A DNA stretch of 64,000 nt from assembly GCA_033812735.1 (NCBI GenBank), contig JAPXTA010000001.1:22810-86809 (forward strand), given 5' to 3'. The translations under genes were made by a program, and so were the position numbers. This stretch comes from Hyphomicrobiaceae bacterium. Lineage in GTDB: Bacteria > Pseudomonadota > Alphaproteobacteria > Rhizobiales > Hyphomicrobiaceae. The notes under the pieces were generated by a model. The model saw only the letters and a list, made by a program, of their open reading frames with translations, was not told the DNA's origin and did not search any database. This document shows positions 18,508 through 27,170 of this stretch, one piece after another. How positions within the stretch are numbered: position 1 is the stretch's first letter; every line of letters starts with the position of its first letter.

Positions 18508-19176
18508 TCATCCGCTCTCGGGCGACGTGCCTCGCGGCCGTTTGCGGGATCGGACCGGCGCCATCGGTTTTGGAGACCGGGACTTCGACCGGCTCTGGCG
18601 CTTGGCGACCTCGCCCTGTGCCTCGGCCCATGAGAAGAGATCACCCTGCGCTTTCGTCGTGACGGCCTTGCTCCAACCCTTGCCCTTGGCTTCCGCATCG
18701 AGCCAGGCGGTGACAAAGGTGACGGGGCCGCCGGCATTCATCAGCACAAGTGGCGCCATGAAGTGCGAGCGGTATCCCGTCTCGGTGATCGGCAGCGGTG
18801 CCTTCTTCGGCATCATGCTCTCGATTTCGAGGTGATCGTTGCCGCTCGACAGATAATCACGCGCATGCGTGATGCGGACGGCGATGGTGGCGCCACTCGC
18901 CGGATCGCGCCACTGGATCTCATAGCGTGTCTTGCGCGGGGCGTTGCCGCCGAGCGGCTGGCGTTCAGATGATGCTTCTCCAGGCTTTCGCGCGATCTCG
19001 TCGGCGATGCGCTTTTTTGCTTCGGTCAGGTTCCGGGCACGCACGGTGATCTGGTCGTGACTGTCCTCGGACGTGGCGATGAACACGTCGGGCCCGGCGC
19101 CCCAGTAGGCGCCGTCGCTGTCATAGCCCTGCGCGTCGACGCGAATGCGCTGGATGTCGTGTTTCAGCGCGTTCAT
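18508..19176 (-). CDS. Conserved plasmid/ICE hypothetical protein (222 aa)
   Basis: It is coupled by ATGA to the upstream gene and has a basic C-terminal tail. Its composition is globular and plausible. Confidence 0.6.
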   Translation of the reverse strand: MNALKHDIQRIRVDAQGYDSDGAYWGAGPDVFIATSEDSHDQITVRARNLTEAKKRIADEIARKPGEASSERQPLGGNAPRKTRYEIQWRDPASGATIAVRITHARDYLSSGNDHLEIESMMPKKAPLPITETGYRSHFMAPLVLMNAGGPVTFVTAWLDAEAKGKGWSKAVTTKAQGDLFSWAEAQGEVAKRQSRSKSRSPKPMAPVRSRKRPRGTSPESG

Positions 19177-19751
19177 GAAGCGTCCCCCGGCTTTGGACCA
19201 GGTGCCGCGCGGGAGCTGCCATGTAGACGTGCATCGGTATCCGGATCACGCCGGGGCGTTTCGCTTGGCCACTCCTGCGGGATTGGATGGGCCGCGGCAA
19301 AAGCCGCGACGCGGGCGGCGATGGTGGCGGCCGGCAGGCGGATGTCATCGGTGAGCTTGAAGTAGCGGTAGCCGAGACGGGCATAGATATCGGTGAGATT
19401 GCCCCACAATCGCTCGGAGATGCGGAAGCTCTCGACACCGTTCCGGCTCGTCCAGCCGACTGGCGGCAACACATTGAGTGCGTCGGTAAATTCCGCTTCG
19501 GTGACCTCGCTAACGTCGCGCTTGTAGCGCGCGGCGCCTGCAGCATCGGCCAGTTTCCAGGCCTCCTCGAACGCCATGCGCTGAGCCAGCGGATAGCGCT
19601 CGCGGACCTGTATTTCGTTCTCGGAACAATGCAGTGTCAGCCCATCGTCGGGATGAATGAGATCGAGCACCGTCGTTTCGCCGGGCACGTACCAGCATTC
19701 GGTGAAGGCGGTGTAGGGGAGCCTGCGGCGCGAAGATTGTTCGTTCGTCAT
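19173..19751 (-). CDS. Conserved plasmid/ICE hypothetical protein (192 aa)
   Basis: It is coupled by ATGA to ardC upstream and to the next gene downstream. Confidence 0.6.
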   Translation of the reverse strand: MTNEQSSRRRLPYTAFTECWYVPGETTVLDLIHPDDGLTLHCSENEIQVRERYPLAQRMAFEEAWKLADAAGAARYKRDVSEVTEAEFTDALNVLPPVGWTSRNGVESFRISERLWGNLTDIYARLGYRYFKLTDDIRLPAATIAARVAAFAAAHPIPQEWPSETPRRDPDTDARLHGSSRAAPGPKPGDAS

Positions 19752-20872
19752 GCGCGCGGTCCCTTCTGACGAGAGGCAGGTGCCGAACGCGGCACCTCGT
19801 CCGGTCGCCCCGGCAGTTCGCGCGTCGCGATAGGAGCGGTGTGATCGGGCGCGGCGGCATCACGAGGTGACGGATCGGTCCCGGGTTGCAGGCCGATCAG
19901 GTAGTCGACGGCGCGGGTGGCGAAGGACGCGGCGGAGAAGATCGCCTTGTCGTCGTCTTTCAGGACCTGGAGCCACGAAGCGCAGTACTGCGCATGATCG
20001 ATGCGCGGCGTGTTGGTGACCTCGAGGTGGGCGCACAGGAACGCCGCACCCAGCTCGGCGACCAATTCTTCGAAGGCGTAGGACTTGTCGGCGAAGCGCT
20101 CACCGAACTGGCGGTTCAATCTGTGATCGGCACCGCTGCCGTGAATTTCTTCGTGGAGCAGGGTCGAGTAGTAGGCTTCCGTCGGTGTCGATGATGCAGT
20201 CCCAGTGAACAGCGCGCGCGGCGGCATCTGGATGAAGTCGCCATCACCGCGGGAATCCCGGTGCCGATAGAAGGCGCGCTGGCCACCTTCACGGACCTCA
20301 ATGCCGACGGCGGCGACGAAGGCATCGACGCGTTCGAGGCGCTGCGTGAGATCGGTGCGCGGAACGGCAGGCGGCAGCACTTTGGCGCGGAGCTCGTCGG
20401 GGGCGTCGACCTGATCGATGTTGAACACCCAGGCGGGCTTAGCGAAAAGACGCTTCGGGTCCTCGTCAGAGTCCTCACTCGACGGCGGTGCCGCTTCCTT
20501 CTGGGATTTGGGAACCCACTCGCCATACTTGACGATGAGGGAGCCTTTCTCGCCCTTGCGCACCTGGGCGCCGAGCTCCTCGTATTGCCGGTAGGTGGCC
20601 CAGACCTGATGCTCGAACTTCTTGGCGTCGGCATCGATCCACAGCGAGAGGATGTTGGAGCCGCGGTAGGGCTTGTCGGTCAGTGCGTTCTTCGGCAGCG
20701 TGAACGCGACGCCCGGACGATGCCAGGGCATCTCGAAGGTACCGGCACCGGCGGCGATGGCGGCGGCGATCTTCTCTGTGATGGCCTGATGAACATCCAA
20801 TCTCGGCGAGCGTGGAGAGGTGTCGTCGAGGGCCTGGTAGGTTCGGGGTTTGCGGGGTTTGTGTTTCGGCAT
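19748..20872 (-). CDS. ardC: ArdC-like antirestriction protein (ssDNA-binding N-domain plus metalloprotease-like C-domain)
   Basis: The N-terminus has ITEKIAAAIAAG...MPWHR...KPYRGSNILSLW. The C-terminus has the HExxH motif LLHEEIHGSG. Confidence 0.85.
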   Translation of the reverse strand: MPKHKPRKPRTYQALDDTSPRSPRLDVHQAITEKIAAAIAAGAGTFEMPWHRPGVAFTLPKNALTDKPYRGSNILSLWIDADAKKFEHQVWATYRQYEELGAQVRKGEKGSLIVKYGEWVPKSQKEAAPPSSEDSDEDPKRLFAKPAWVFNIDQVDAPDELRAKVLPPAVPRTDLTQRLERVDAFVAAVGIEVREGGQRAFYRHRDSRGDGDFIQMPPRALFTGTASSTPTEAYYSTLLHEEIHGSGADHRLNRQFGERFADKSYAFEELVAELGAAFLCAHLEVTNTPRIDHAQYCASWLQVLKDDDKAIFSAASFATRAVDYLIGLQPGTDPSPRDAAAPDHTAPIATRELPGRPDEVPRSAPASRQKGPRA

Positions 20873-21021
20873 GCTGGCTCCTTTCGCTGCTGGGGTTCAC
20901 CCGGTGAGGGGCCCCGGCAGCGAAAGGAGACGCCTGGTCATGTTCCCGAGGTCTTCGGATGCGGGACTTGCATCCGTGCCTCGCCAGACGTTCCTTCCTC
21001 CCAAAAACTTGGAGAGCAGGC

Positions 21022-21609
21022 TCAGGCGTCGGCGGACGGAGCCTTGTCGCGGCCCTTGCGATTGCGTGAGGCGGCGTTGGCCCGTGCGGCTGCGGCATCG
21101 GGCGCTGCGGGTGGCTGTGCCGCGCGTTCGGCTTCGAGGGTTGCTGCGGATTTCCAGGTGAGCAAGCTGCCGCCGAAGCGCAGTCCGGATTTGCCGGCGA
21201 GATCGCGTGCGAACACGGTGTAGCGGCCCTTGGCGTTCCAGAACGAGCCGATGTCAGTGTAGCCTTTGCCGGGGCGGTTCCTGAGCGTGATGTAGAGCGG
21301 GATGTCGCGGGCCTGCGCATCGAACAGCTCGGCGGGGCGTGTGCCGGTCTTCTTGAATTCGGCCTGCAGGATGGCGTCCTTGGCGGCGAGATCGCGATCA
21401 CGTGCGGTCGCATAGCCGCCCCAGATGGTGGACACTTCACCATTGCGCGGATCGGTGACCTCGCGTGGCTCGAGCTTACGAATGTCGTAGATGTCGCCGT
21501 CTGGCGTGGTGAACCAGCCGGCGTGTGTGCCGGCATTGATGAAGAAGCCGGCCTGCTCGGGTTGGGTCGCGTCGGTCTGCGGTTGGGCGGTCGCGTTGGG
21601 CGTGGTCAT
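21022..21609 (-). CDS. Hypothetical protein (195 aa)
   Basis: The ATG at 21609 is preceded by GAGGAGA. The upstream extension in the ORF track lacks support. Confidence 0.55.
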   Translation of the reverse strand: MTTPNATAQPQTDATQPEQAGFFINAGTHAGWFTTPDGDIYDIRKLEPREVTDPRNGEVSTIWGGYATARDRDLAAKDAILQAEFKKTGTRPAELFDAQARDIPLYITLRNRPGKGYTDIGSFWNAKGRYTVFARDLAGKSGLRFGGSLLTWKSAATLEAERAAQPPAAPDAAAARANAASRNRKGRDKAPSADA

Positions 21610-21765
21610 GATGATGATCTCCTCTTGAATGGGTGGGTTCCGTTTCGAGCTCGAGGCTAGGGAGGATGGCGCGTGCGGATAAGCCGGCGCGTGGGCACGA
21701 ACTCGAATTGCGTGGCTGTTCTGGCGGGTTGGACTGGCCATTTTGGCGGGGACGCGCATACCGCT

Positions 21766-22152
21766 TCAGTTCGGCGGGCCGCCGGCGAAGTGATGCAGCA
21801 ACGTGTCGAAGAAGACGCTGGCATCGAACGAGCCATCGGCATCGAGCTCCATGTCGGCGACGAGGAGCACGAGCACACGATCGAACGAGCGGCGGCGCTG
21901 CAACGATGCGGCCTTGTAGTAGCGCGACCAAGCCGGCCAGCGCGGATCGTTGAACAGGCGGGCTGTGGCGAGGAGGCGCAAAGTCAGTGCGGTCGCCTCC
22001 GGCTCGCGGCAACCGAGCGCCCGTGCGACGAGGTGCATGTGATGGGGGCGGATCGGATCGATATCGGCGAGGTGGGCGAGGCAATCGAGCGCGGCGCCGA
22101 CGACGGCAGGGGCGATGACAGCAGCGCGGGGATCGAGGGCTTGGTCTTGCAT
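21766..22152 (-). CDS. Hypothetical protein (128 aa)
   Basis: The ATG at 22152 is preceded by GGAGA. The longer ORF-track version is Arg-rich upstream. Confidence 0.45.
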   Translation of the reverse strand: MQDQALDPRAAVIAPAVVGAALDCLAHLADIDPIRPHHMHLVARALGCREPEATALTLRLLATARLFNDPRWPAWSRYYKAASLQRRRSFDRVLVLLVADMELDADGSFDASVFFDTLLHHFAGGPPN

Positions 22153-22815
22153 GACGGGGTCTCCGGTTCCGACGTGGAACCCGAAGCCTCGCCAAACGGC
22201 GCGCGATGTTGAAGCTATCAGCGCGATATCGAGCTTCCAGTCACCGACACGCACACGCGACGACGTGATCCGGTCCGTCACCACATGCGCCCTGCCGCCG
22301 GCCAGGCAACTTCGCTGACCAGCCCTCGATAACAGACCTCTGCCATCCTCCTCTGCCCCGCGCATTTCCCTTGTTCGACCGCGCCGCAGGCTTTCCCTCA
22401 CCCCGACCGCGGACTGACGCGGCCGTCGCGCGCAGGGGCGGTCAAGGCCGGTTTCGATGCGGCTGTGCCTTGACGGCTCCGAGCACGATGGCAGGGTCGA
22501 TCGGTCGGGTCGAATGAACCGCAATGGCCAGTTTCATCGATACTGTCGTCTGCGTGACCGCAGATCCGCGTGAGGGATGGTCACCCGCATGGGCGGAGAC
22601 CCACTTTGCTCATGGAAATGACGGACAGGGGCTCCGGTCGGGCGCATCTTCCGCGACCGACTACAGCCCGACCCCGCGCCGTTCGCGCGGGGGCACGACC
22701 GACTTCAACTTGTTTCCATCTTGCGTCTGAGGATGCCATTTTCACCGCGCTGCACTGGCGTGCGGACTGTCATGGTACAGTCGAGCAAGACGACTGTGAT
22801 CGAGAGAGTGAGCGG

Positions 22816-23094
22816 ATGACCAGGAAACCTTCGTCACGCCCGGCGACAACCCAGTCTGCGATCTGCGATGCCGATCTCACGGAGGCGTGGTGGAACGGCC
22901 TCACAGTGAGCGAGCGGAAGGCTTGGAACGAGCGACTGGCTGCGCAAGGTCAACAGCCAACAGCGGATGCTGCCATGGCCTTGCACTACGTCGACATGTT
23001 CTGGGCTGCCGTCCGGCGGCATCATCAGCATCAAGCGAAACTCGTCGCGGAAAAGATCAGGCTCAGACGCTGCGGCACCTCCGCACTAGGATAA
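22816..23094 (+). CDS. Small hypothetical protein (92 aa)
   Basis: The ATG at 22816 follows GAGAGTGAGCGG. The gene converges on cap5. There is no homology evidence. Confidence 0.3.
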   Translation: MTRKPSSRPATTQSAICDADLTEAWWNGLTVSERKAWNERLAAQGQQPTADAAMALHYVDMFWAAVRRHHQHQAKLVAEKIRLRRCGTSALG

Positions 23095-24258
23095 GACGAT
23101 GGTGCGGATGAAGCCACCGCGATGACGGTTCTGATCCCAGATGACCATTGGCATGTCGGCCTTCGGCATGGTGACGCGGCCGACCTCGACGGCGGCCGAC
23201 ACCGGCAATGCCGGAAACACGTGCAGCGGCGTATCCTGACCGTGCGCCGCCTTGATCCGGTCGAGCATGATGCGCAGCCGGGTGCGGAACGCGGCCAGAT
23301 CATCGGCGCGCTTCAGGATATCGTTGTGCGGATTCTCTGCCTCTATGGACCAAATGGCCGCATCGGAACCGAGGACCTTGTGAACACGATCATCGGTGAT
23401 CGTCGCGCTCAACCCCAACACGAGCGCAGGTTGGCCGTTGACCGTGTCCGGACGTCGCTCGTGGAAGATGATCCGTGGCGTGTCGGATTGCCAGCGCCAA
23501 GTCTGCGGCTCCCGCTGCAGCTGATGGATGACCATCGGCGTGATGTCGCCGAGCAAGCGCCCAAGCAGAATCAAGAGGGGCTGGGGCGCTAGGGCGAACA
23601 CCGACAAGTGCCGAATGGCACGCCGCTCCAAGCGGTCACCGATCTTGGCCGCAAACTGCCGCTCGAGGTTCGTGCGATGGAGTTGCCAGTAGGCCTCCTC
23701 GTCATCGCGCAACGTGCAGCCGATCATCTCAAGATCGATCAGGTCGCGACCATGCGCCGGGTAGCGATCGGGGAGCATGGCCGCAGCGATGGCATCATAG
23801 TTCAAGGGCGATTCGTGGCGGCCGATCTGGGCACCGAAGCGGACGACATGGGATGCGCGGTCGGTGGCAATATCACCAACGATTTCGATGCGACCTTCAT
23901 GAGCACGTTTCATGTCGAGGAGGCGTGCCTCGGGGTGATCGTCGACGGCATCGACATCGATCAGCTTGTGATGCACGTGACAGAGCAACATCAGGTTGGC
24001 GACGTCGTTGACCAACAGCGGGGAGCGCACGGCATCCCCGCGCGGTCCCGTCGGGTGTTCGGCAACGATGTGCGCAACAAAACCGAAGTTGCGATCCTCG
24101 TTGCCCGAGATGAGATCACCGATCAGCGGCTTGTTGCATCCTTCGTACTGGCAACGGCCAGCGGCCCGTGCCCACAGCACGTGACGGGTGGTCGGTGTGA
24201 CCGCACTCGCGCCAGTGCGCAGCGCGGTAACAGAAGAGTTGGTCTTGGCCTTGATCAT
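23086..24258 (-). CDS. cap5: CBASS effector Cap5 (HNH endonuclease fused to a SAVED sensor domain)
   Basis: The N-terminal HNH signature is CQYEGC...GFVAHIVAE...[15 protein letters not shown] long SAVED-size C-terminal domain follows. The start overlaps the stop of the upstream gene (ATGA). Confidence 0.85.
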   Translation of the reverse strand: MIKAKTNSSVTALRTGASAVTPTTRHVLWARAAGRCQYEGCNKPLIGDLISGNEDRNFGFVAHIVAEHPTGPRGDAVRSPLLVNDVANLMLLCHVHHKLIDVDAVDDHPEARLLDMKRAHEGRIEIVGDIATDRASHVVRFGAQIGRHESPLNYDAIAAAMLPDRYPAHGRDLIDLEMIGCTLRDDEEAYWQLHRTNLERQFAAKIGDRLERRAIRHLSVFALAPQPLLILLGRLLGDITPMVIHQLQREPQTWRWQSDTPRIIFHERRPDTVNGQPALVLGLSATITDDRVHKVLGSDAAIWSIEAENPHNDILKRADDLAAFRTRLRIMLDRIKAAHGQDTPLHVFPALPVSAAVEVGRVTMPKADMPMVIWDQNRHRGGFIRTIVLS

Positions 24259-24755
24259 CGTGACAGCTCCGCATTTTCAGTGTTGGGGGAAGGAGGCTCG
24301 GAAAATCTGGTGCGCGGGCGTCGTCGGCGCGTCGAGATGTCGGGGTGTACGCCGCCGCCGTTCCACTCACCGGTCGCGAGCCAATCCTCGAAGTAGAACA
24401 ACCAGAGGCTGGTCCACGGCACGATGGTGCGGTCGAGCCCGAGGCTCGGATTCCATTCGCCTGTGCGCGGCAGGTAGAGACAAAGCCGTGGCGGCTTCTG
24501 CTCGTAGACGTGCGGCAGCCGTCGTCCGTCGGCGAGCGCATTGAGATCGGGGCTATCGATATAGACGGCGGGCGTCAGCCCTTGGCGATAGTCGATGCGG
24601 GCCGCATAGAGCCGCGACAGCGGCGACGGTGATGCCTCGAACTTCCAGATAAGGCGGCCCGCACGCAACGTCCCGTGCCCCGCCGCGATCGGGTTCATCC
24701 GTAAAGCGTAGAACTGCTGGGCAGCGGTCAAAGGACGGGGTGGCGGCGCGGGCAT
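24255..24755 (-). CDS. E2-like (UBC-fold) CBASS accessory protein, Cap2-short type
   Basis: [15 protein letters not shown] has His-to-Cys spacing identical to the UBC HPN...C motif. The gene sits between the CD-NTase and Cap5 genes with near-abutting or overlapping ends. No E1 or JAB domains are present. Confidence 0.6.
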   Translation of the reverse strand: MPAPPPRPLTAAQQFYALRMNPIAAGHGTLRAGRLIWKFEASPSPLSRLYAARIDYRQGLTPAVYIDSPDLNALADGRRLPHVYEQKPPRLCLYLPRTGEWNPSLGLDRTIVPWTSLWLFYFEDWLATGEWNGGGVHPDISTRRRRPRTRFSEPPSPNTENAELSR

Positions 24756-24759
24756 GGCC

Positions 24760-25986
24760 TCAGGGTGCTCCGAAGAACGTGTTGGCGCGCACGGGGGTCG
24801 CCGTAACCGCCGCTGTGGTGAGGCCGATGCCTGGAGCGACTTTGAGTAACCCCGATGAGCGGTTCTGGCTGAAGTCGGCCGTCAACGCGTTCATGACCTT
24901 GGTGGCGAGCGACGAGCCGAATGCACCGCCGAGATGCTTGGAGATGACGTCCATGCCCTGGAGATCGGCGAGGTATTCGAGATCCGTCACTGCCTGCGCA
25001 TGCCAACGGAAGAACGCCTGCGGTAGCCGTGCATCGTCGTTCCACTTCTCAGCGAAGTTCTCGCCCTGGGTCGTCTCGTTCCACACGAACCACAGGGTGC
25101 GCCGGCCGTCGCTCCGCTGCTCGATGAACTGCGGCATGCGGCGCAGCACGTCACAGAGCAGATCGAACTCGGTGTCGTAGACGAACTGGCGAACGCAGAA
25201 CTCGTAGCTTTGCGACAGCAGCGTCGTGAGGATCACCGAGATGGGTGCCAGACCGAGCGGGAGGCGCTCGAAGTGCACGTCGCGGTGCCGCTTGGCGATC
25301 TGCACGATGCGCTGGAGGATGCACTTGAAGCCTTCGGTGTCGGGGAACGGCTCGACCTCGCCGCTCTTGCTCGCCATGGTCCGGTCGAAGGCGGTGACAC
25401 GCAGCTGCGGTACCAGCGCGGCACGGCGCTCGAACAGAGACCGGTAGCCCTTCGGGTTCGATGCCTTCCATTCGCGTGCCGCCTTGTCGGGCACGAGCTC
25501 GCCGCCGTTGCCGCAGGCGGGGTTGGGGATCGACGGCGTGATGTCTAGATGGAACTCGTTGGCGTACGTCAGGCGCCAGCAGCGGGCCTTCTCTTCCAGC
25601 AACGGCGCATAATGCCCGTTCTCCCGCAGCCGCCGGCCGACGGCGGCCTTGACGATCGCCGGCGCAATCAGCGTGCCGTTACGGTTGTGGGCAATGAGAT
25701 CGACGTCGTGCTCGTTGCGACCGAGCGGCCGCACCGTAGTGCCGAGTGCCGTCGACCCCTGGAGATAGATGGCGAGCGCCCGCAGCAACGGCTCATCGGA
25801 GGCGGCGAGCCATTGGCCCACACCCTCGTAGCGACGACGGGCCAGCTCGAGCTGGGCAATCGTTAACTCCAGCTCCTGGCACAGCCGCTCGAGGATCCCC
25901 ACGAGCCGCATCTTTCGAGCATTCAGAAGGGAATGGGGCAAGAGGCCAGAGGTCTTGGCTAAGCTATTGATAGAATTATAATTCAT
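24760..25986 (-). CDS. CD-NTase / SMODS-family cyclic (oligo)nucleotide synthase
   Basis: The ATG at 25986 (MNYNS...) is preceded by GAGAGGA. The motif YLQGSTALGTTVRP...EHDVDLIA fits GS...DxD. The C-terminus ends FFGAP, placing a Gly near the end as expected for E2-dependent conjugation. Confidence 0.8.
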   Translation of the reverse strand: MNYNSINSLAKTSGLLPHSLLNARKMRLVGILERLCQELELTIAQLELARRRYEGVGQWLAASDEPLLRALAIYLQGSTALGTTVRPLGRNEHDVDLIAHNRNGTLIAPAIVKAAVGRRLRENGHYAPLLEEKARCWRLTYANEFHLDITPSIPNPACGNGGELVPDKAAREWKASNPKGYRSLFERRAALVPQLRVTAFDRTMASKSGEVEPFPDTEGFKCILQRIVQIAKRHRDVHFERLPLGLAPISVILTTLLSQSYEFCVRQFVYDTEFDLLCDVLRRMPQFIEQRSDGRRTLWFVWNETTQGENFAEKWNDDARLPQAFFRWHAQAVTDLEYLADLQGMDVISKHLGGAFGSSLATKVMNALTADFSQNRSSGLLKVAPGIGLTTAAVTATPVRANTFFGAP

Positions 25987-26013
25987 CACGTCCTCTCGAG
26001 TCGTTACCCTGCG

Positions 26014-26028
26014 GAACGCGCACCGAAC
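26014..26028. promoter_or_regulatory. GAAC-N7-GAAC direct repeat: alphaproteobacterial LexA (SOS) box candidate, or alternatively an ECF -35-like GGAAC element
   Basis: The sequence GAACgcgcaccGAAC lies 28 nt upstream of the CD-NTase start. It sits in the ~180-bp divergent region shared with the sigma-like gene. Confidence 0.4.
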
Positions 26029-26166
26029 CAAGGCATTGGCCTGATTCTCCGCTGGGGCTAGTCTGATGGTTAATGCGGATGGGATAGCGGATTCGGACAT
26101 GGGGGCGTCGATGTCCGAATTTCCGCGGGTGTCCGCATTGAGAGGAGAGGGCAGTAATGGCGGGGT

Positions 26167-26769
26167 TTGGATGTGAGCACGAACGATGAGGTCGACGACG
26201 AGAGCCGTCTTTCGCCGGAAGAATTCAAATCAGCCCTTGGCGAACTCTCGAAATCCGACATGGGCCGGCTGATCCAGATGTCGGAGTATCTTGCCAAACG
26301 CTGCCGGCTGAGTGGCGAGGATCTCCTGCACGAAGCGTTCTGTCGTGCGTTGGAGGGACGTCGTCGGTGTGGTCGAGGTACAGCAATCGTTCCGTTCCTG
26401 TGGGGTGTCATGCGTAGTCTGGCGTCGGAAGAAATAGAATCAATCAAGGCCAACAGACGGCCGGTACTCGCGAGTGAGCTTGTGAGAGAAGGCGATCGAG
26501 ATGGTGGGGCGGATGCACTGCCTGGTGAATCCGCCAACAACGAGGACGCCTTGCTCTCGCGCATCGACGATGGCGTGCTCTTGGAAAAGATCGAGGCACT
26601 CGTGAGCGGCGACGATCAGCTCGCGATGTTGGTCGAGGGATTGAAGGATGGCATGCGCGGCGAAGCCCTTCAGGATCTCTTGGGGGTAGATGTCAAGGGG
26701 CTTGCCGCTCTGCGCAAGAGACTGAAGCGATCGGTGACCTCGTTCAACCGGGAAAGGATCGCGTCATGA
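26167..26769 (+). CDS. ECF sigma-70-like protein
   Basis: EDLLHEAFCRAL and FLWGVMRSLASEE are region-2-like. DQLAMLVEGLKDGMRGEALQDLLGVDVKGLAALRKRLKR is region-4-like. The start is uncertain: TTG at 26167, GTG at 26173, or a later ATG. Confidence 0.5.
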   Translation: MDVSTNDEVDDESRLSPEEFKSALGELSKSDMGRLIQMSEYLAKRCRLSGEDLLHEAFCRALEGRRRCGRGTAIVPFLWGVMRSLASEEIESIKANRRPVLASELVREGDRDGGADALPGESANNEDALLSRIDDGVLLEKIEALVSGDDQLAMLVEGLKDGMRGEALQDLLGVDVKGLAALRKRLKRSVTSFNRERIAS

Positions 26770-27170
26770 CAACGAAGAAATCTCCGCTCGATGCACTCGA
26801 TGACGCAATCTTTTCCGAAATCATGACCGCGAGCGACGCCGAAGTCATGGCGGACGTCGGCGATGCGTCCATCGCGAAGGGCTTCGCCGTCCTGGAGGGA
26901 GCCAAGCAGACAGTTGCACGGCAACGTTTCCTTGAAGCGAAGGCGGCTCTGGAAGCGGATCGCGTTGTCACGAGGCAGACGGTCGTTCCCTTGGCAAGGG
27001 CCCGTGCAAAGGCGGATCTGGAGAAACTTCTACAATCGGATGCAGCGTTGCGAGGCAAGCTGACACTCGCTGCCCGCAAGGCAACGAGCAACGACATGAG
27101 CGATGACGAGGGGCTGCTGGACGACCTTGCAGAGCTGCAGAGAGACGCTGAGAAGGACGTCGATGGCTAA
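26766..27170 (+). CDS. Acidic helical hypothetical protein (134 aa), a candidate anti-sigma factor or protease substrate
   Basis: Its start overlaps the stop of the sigma-like gene (ATGA). Its stop overlaps the start of the ImmA-like gene (ATGGCTAA). It has no TM segment. Confidence 0.5.
   Translation: MTTKKSPLDALDDAIFSEIMTASDAEVMADVGDASIAKGFAVLEGAKQTVARQRFLEAKAALEADRVVTRQTVVPLARARAKADLEKLLQSDAALRGKLTLAARKATSNDMSDDEGLLDDLAELQRDAEKDVDG

Noticed and set aside
20261-22195. Long overlapping ORFs (20261-21223 +, 20475-21536 -, 21476-22195 -)
   Set aside because: Their translations are Arg/Pro/Ala/Ser-rich with no motifs. They overlap ardC and the better-supported ORFs at 21022-21609 and 21766-22152, which have SD sequences.
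26156-26188. 10-codon mini-ORF (MAGFGCEHER) with a strong GGAGAGGG SD upstream of the sigma-like gene
   Set aside because: It may be a leader peptide, but it is too short to support and is out of frame with the sigma-like ORF. It is noted only because it makes the true sigma start uncertain.
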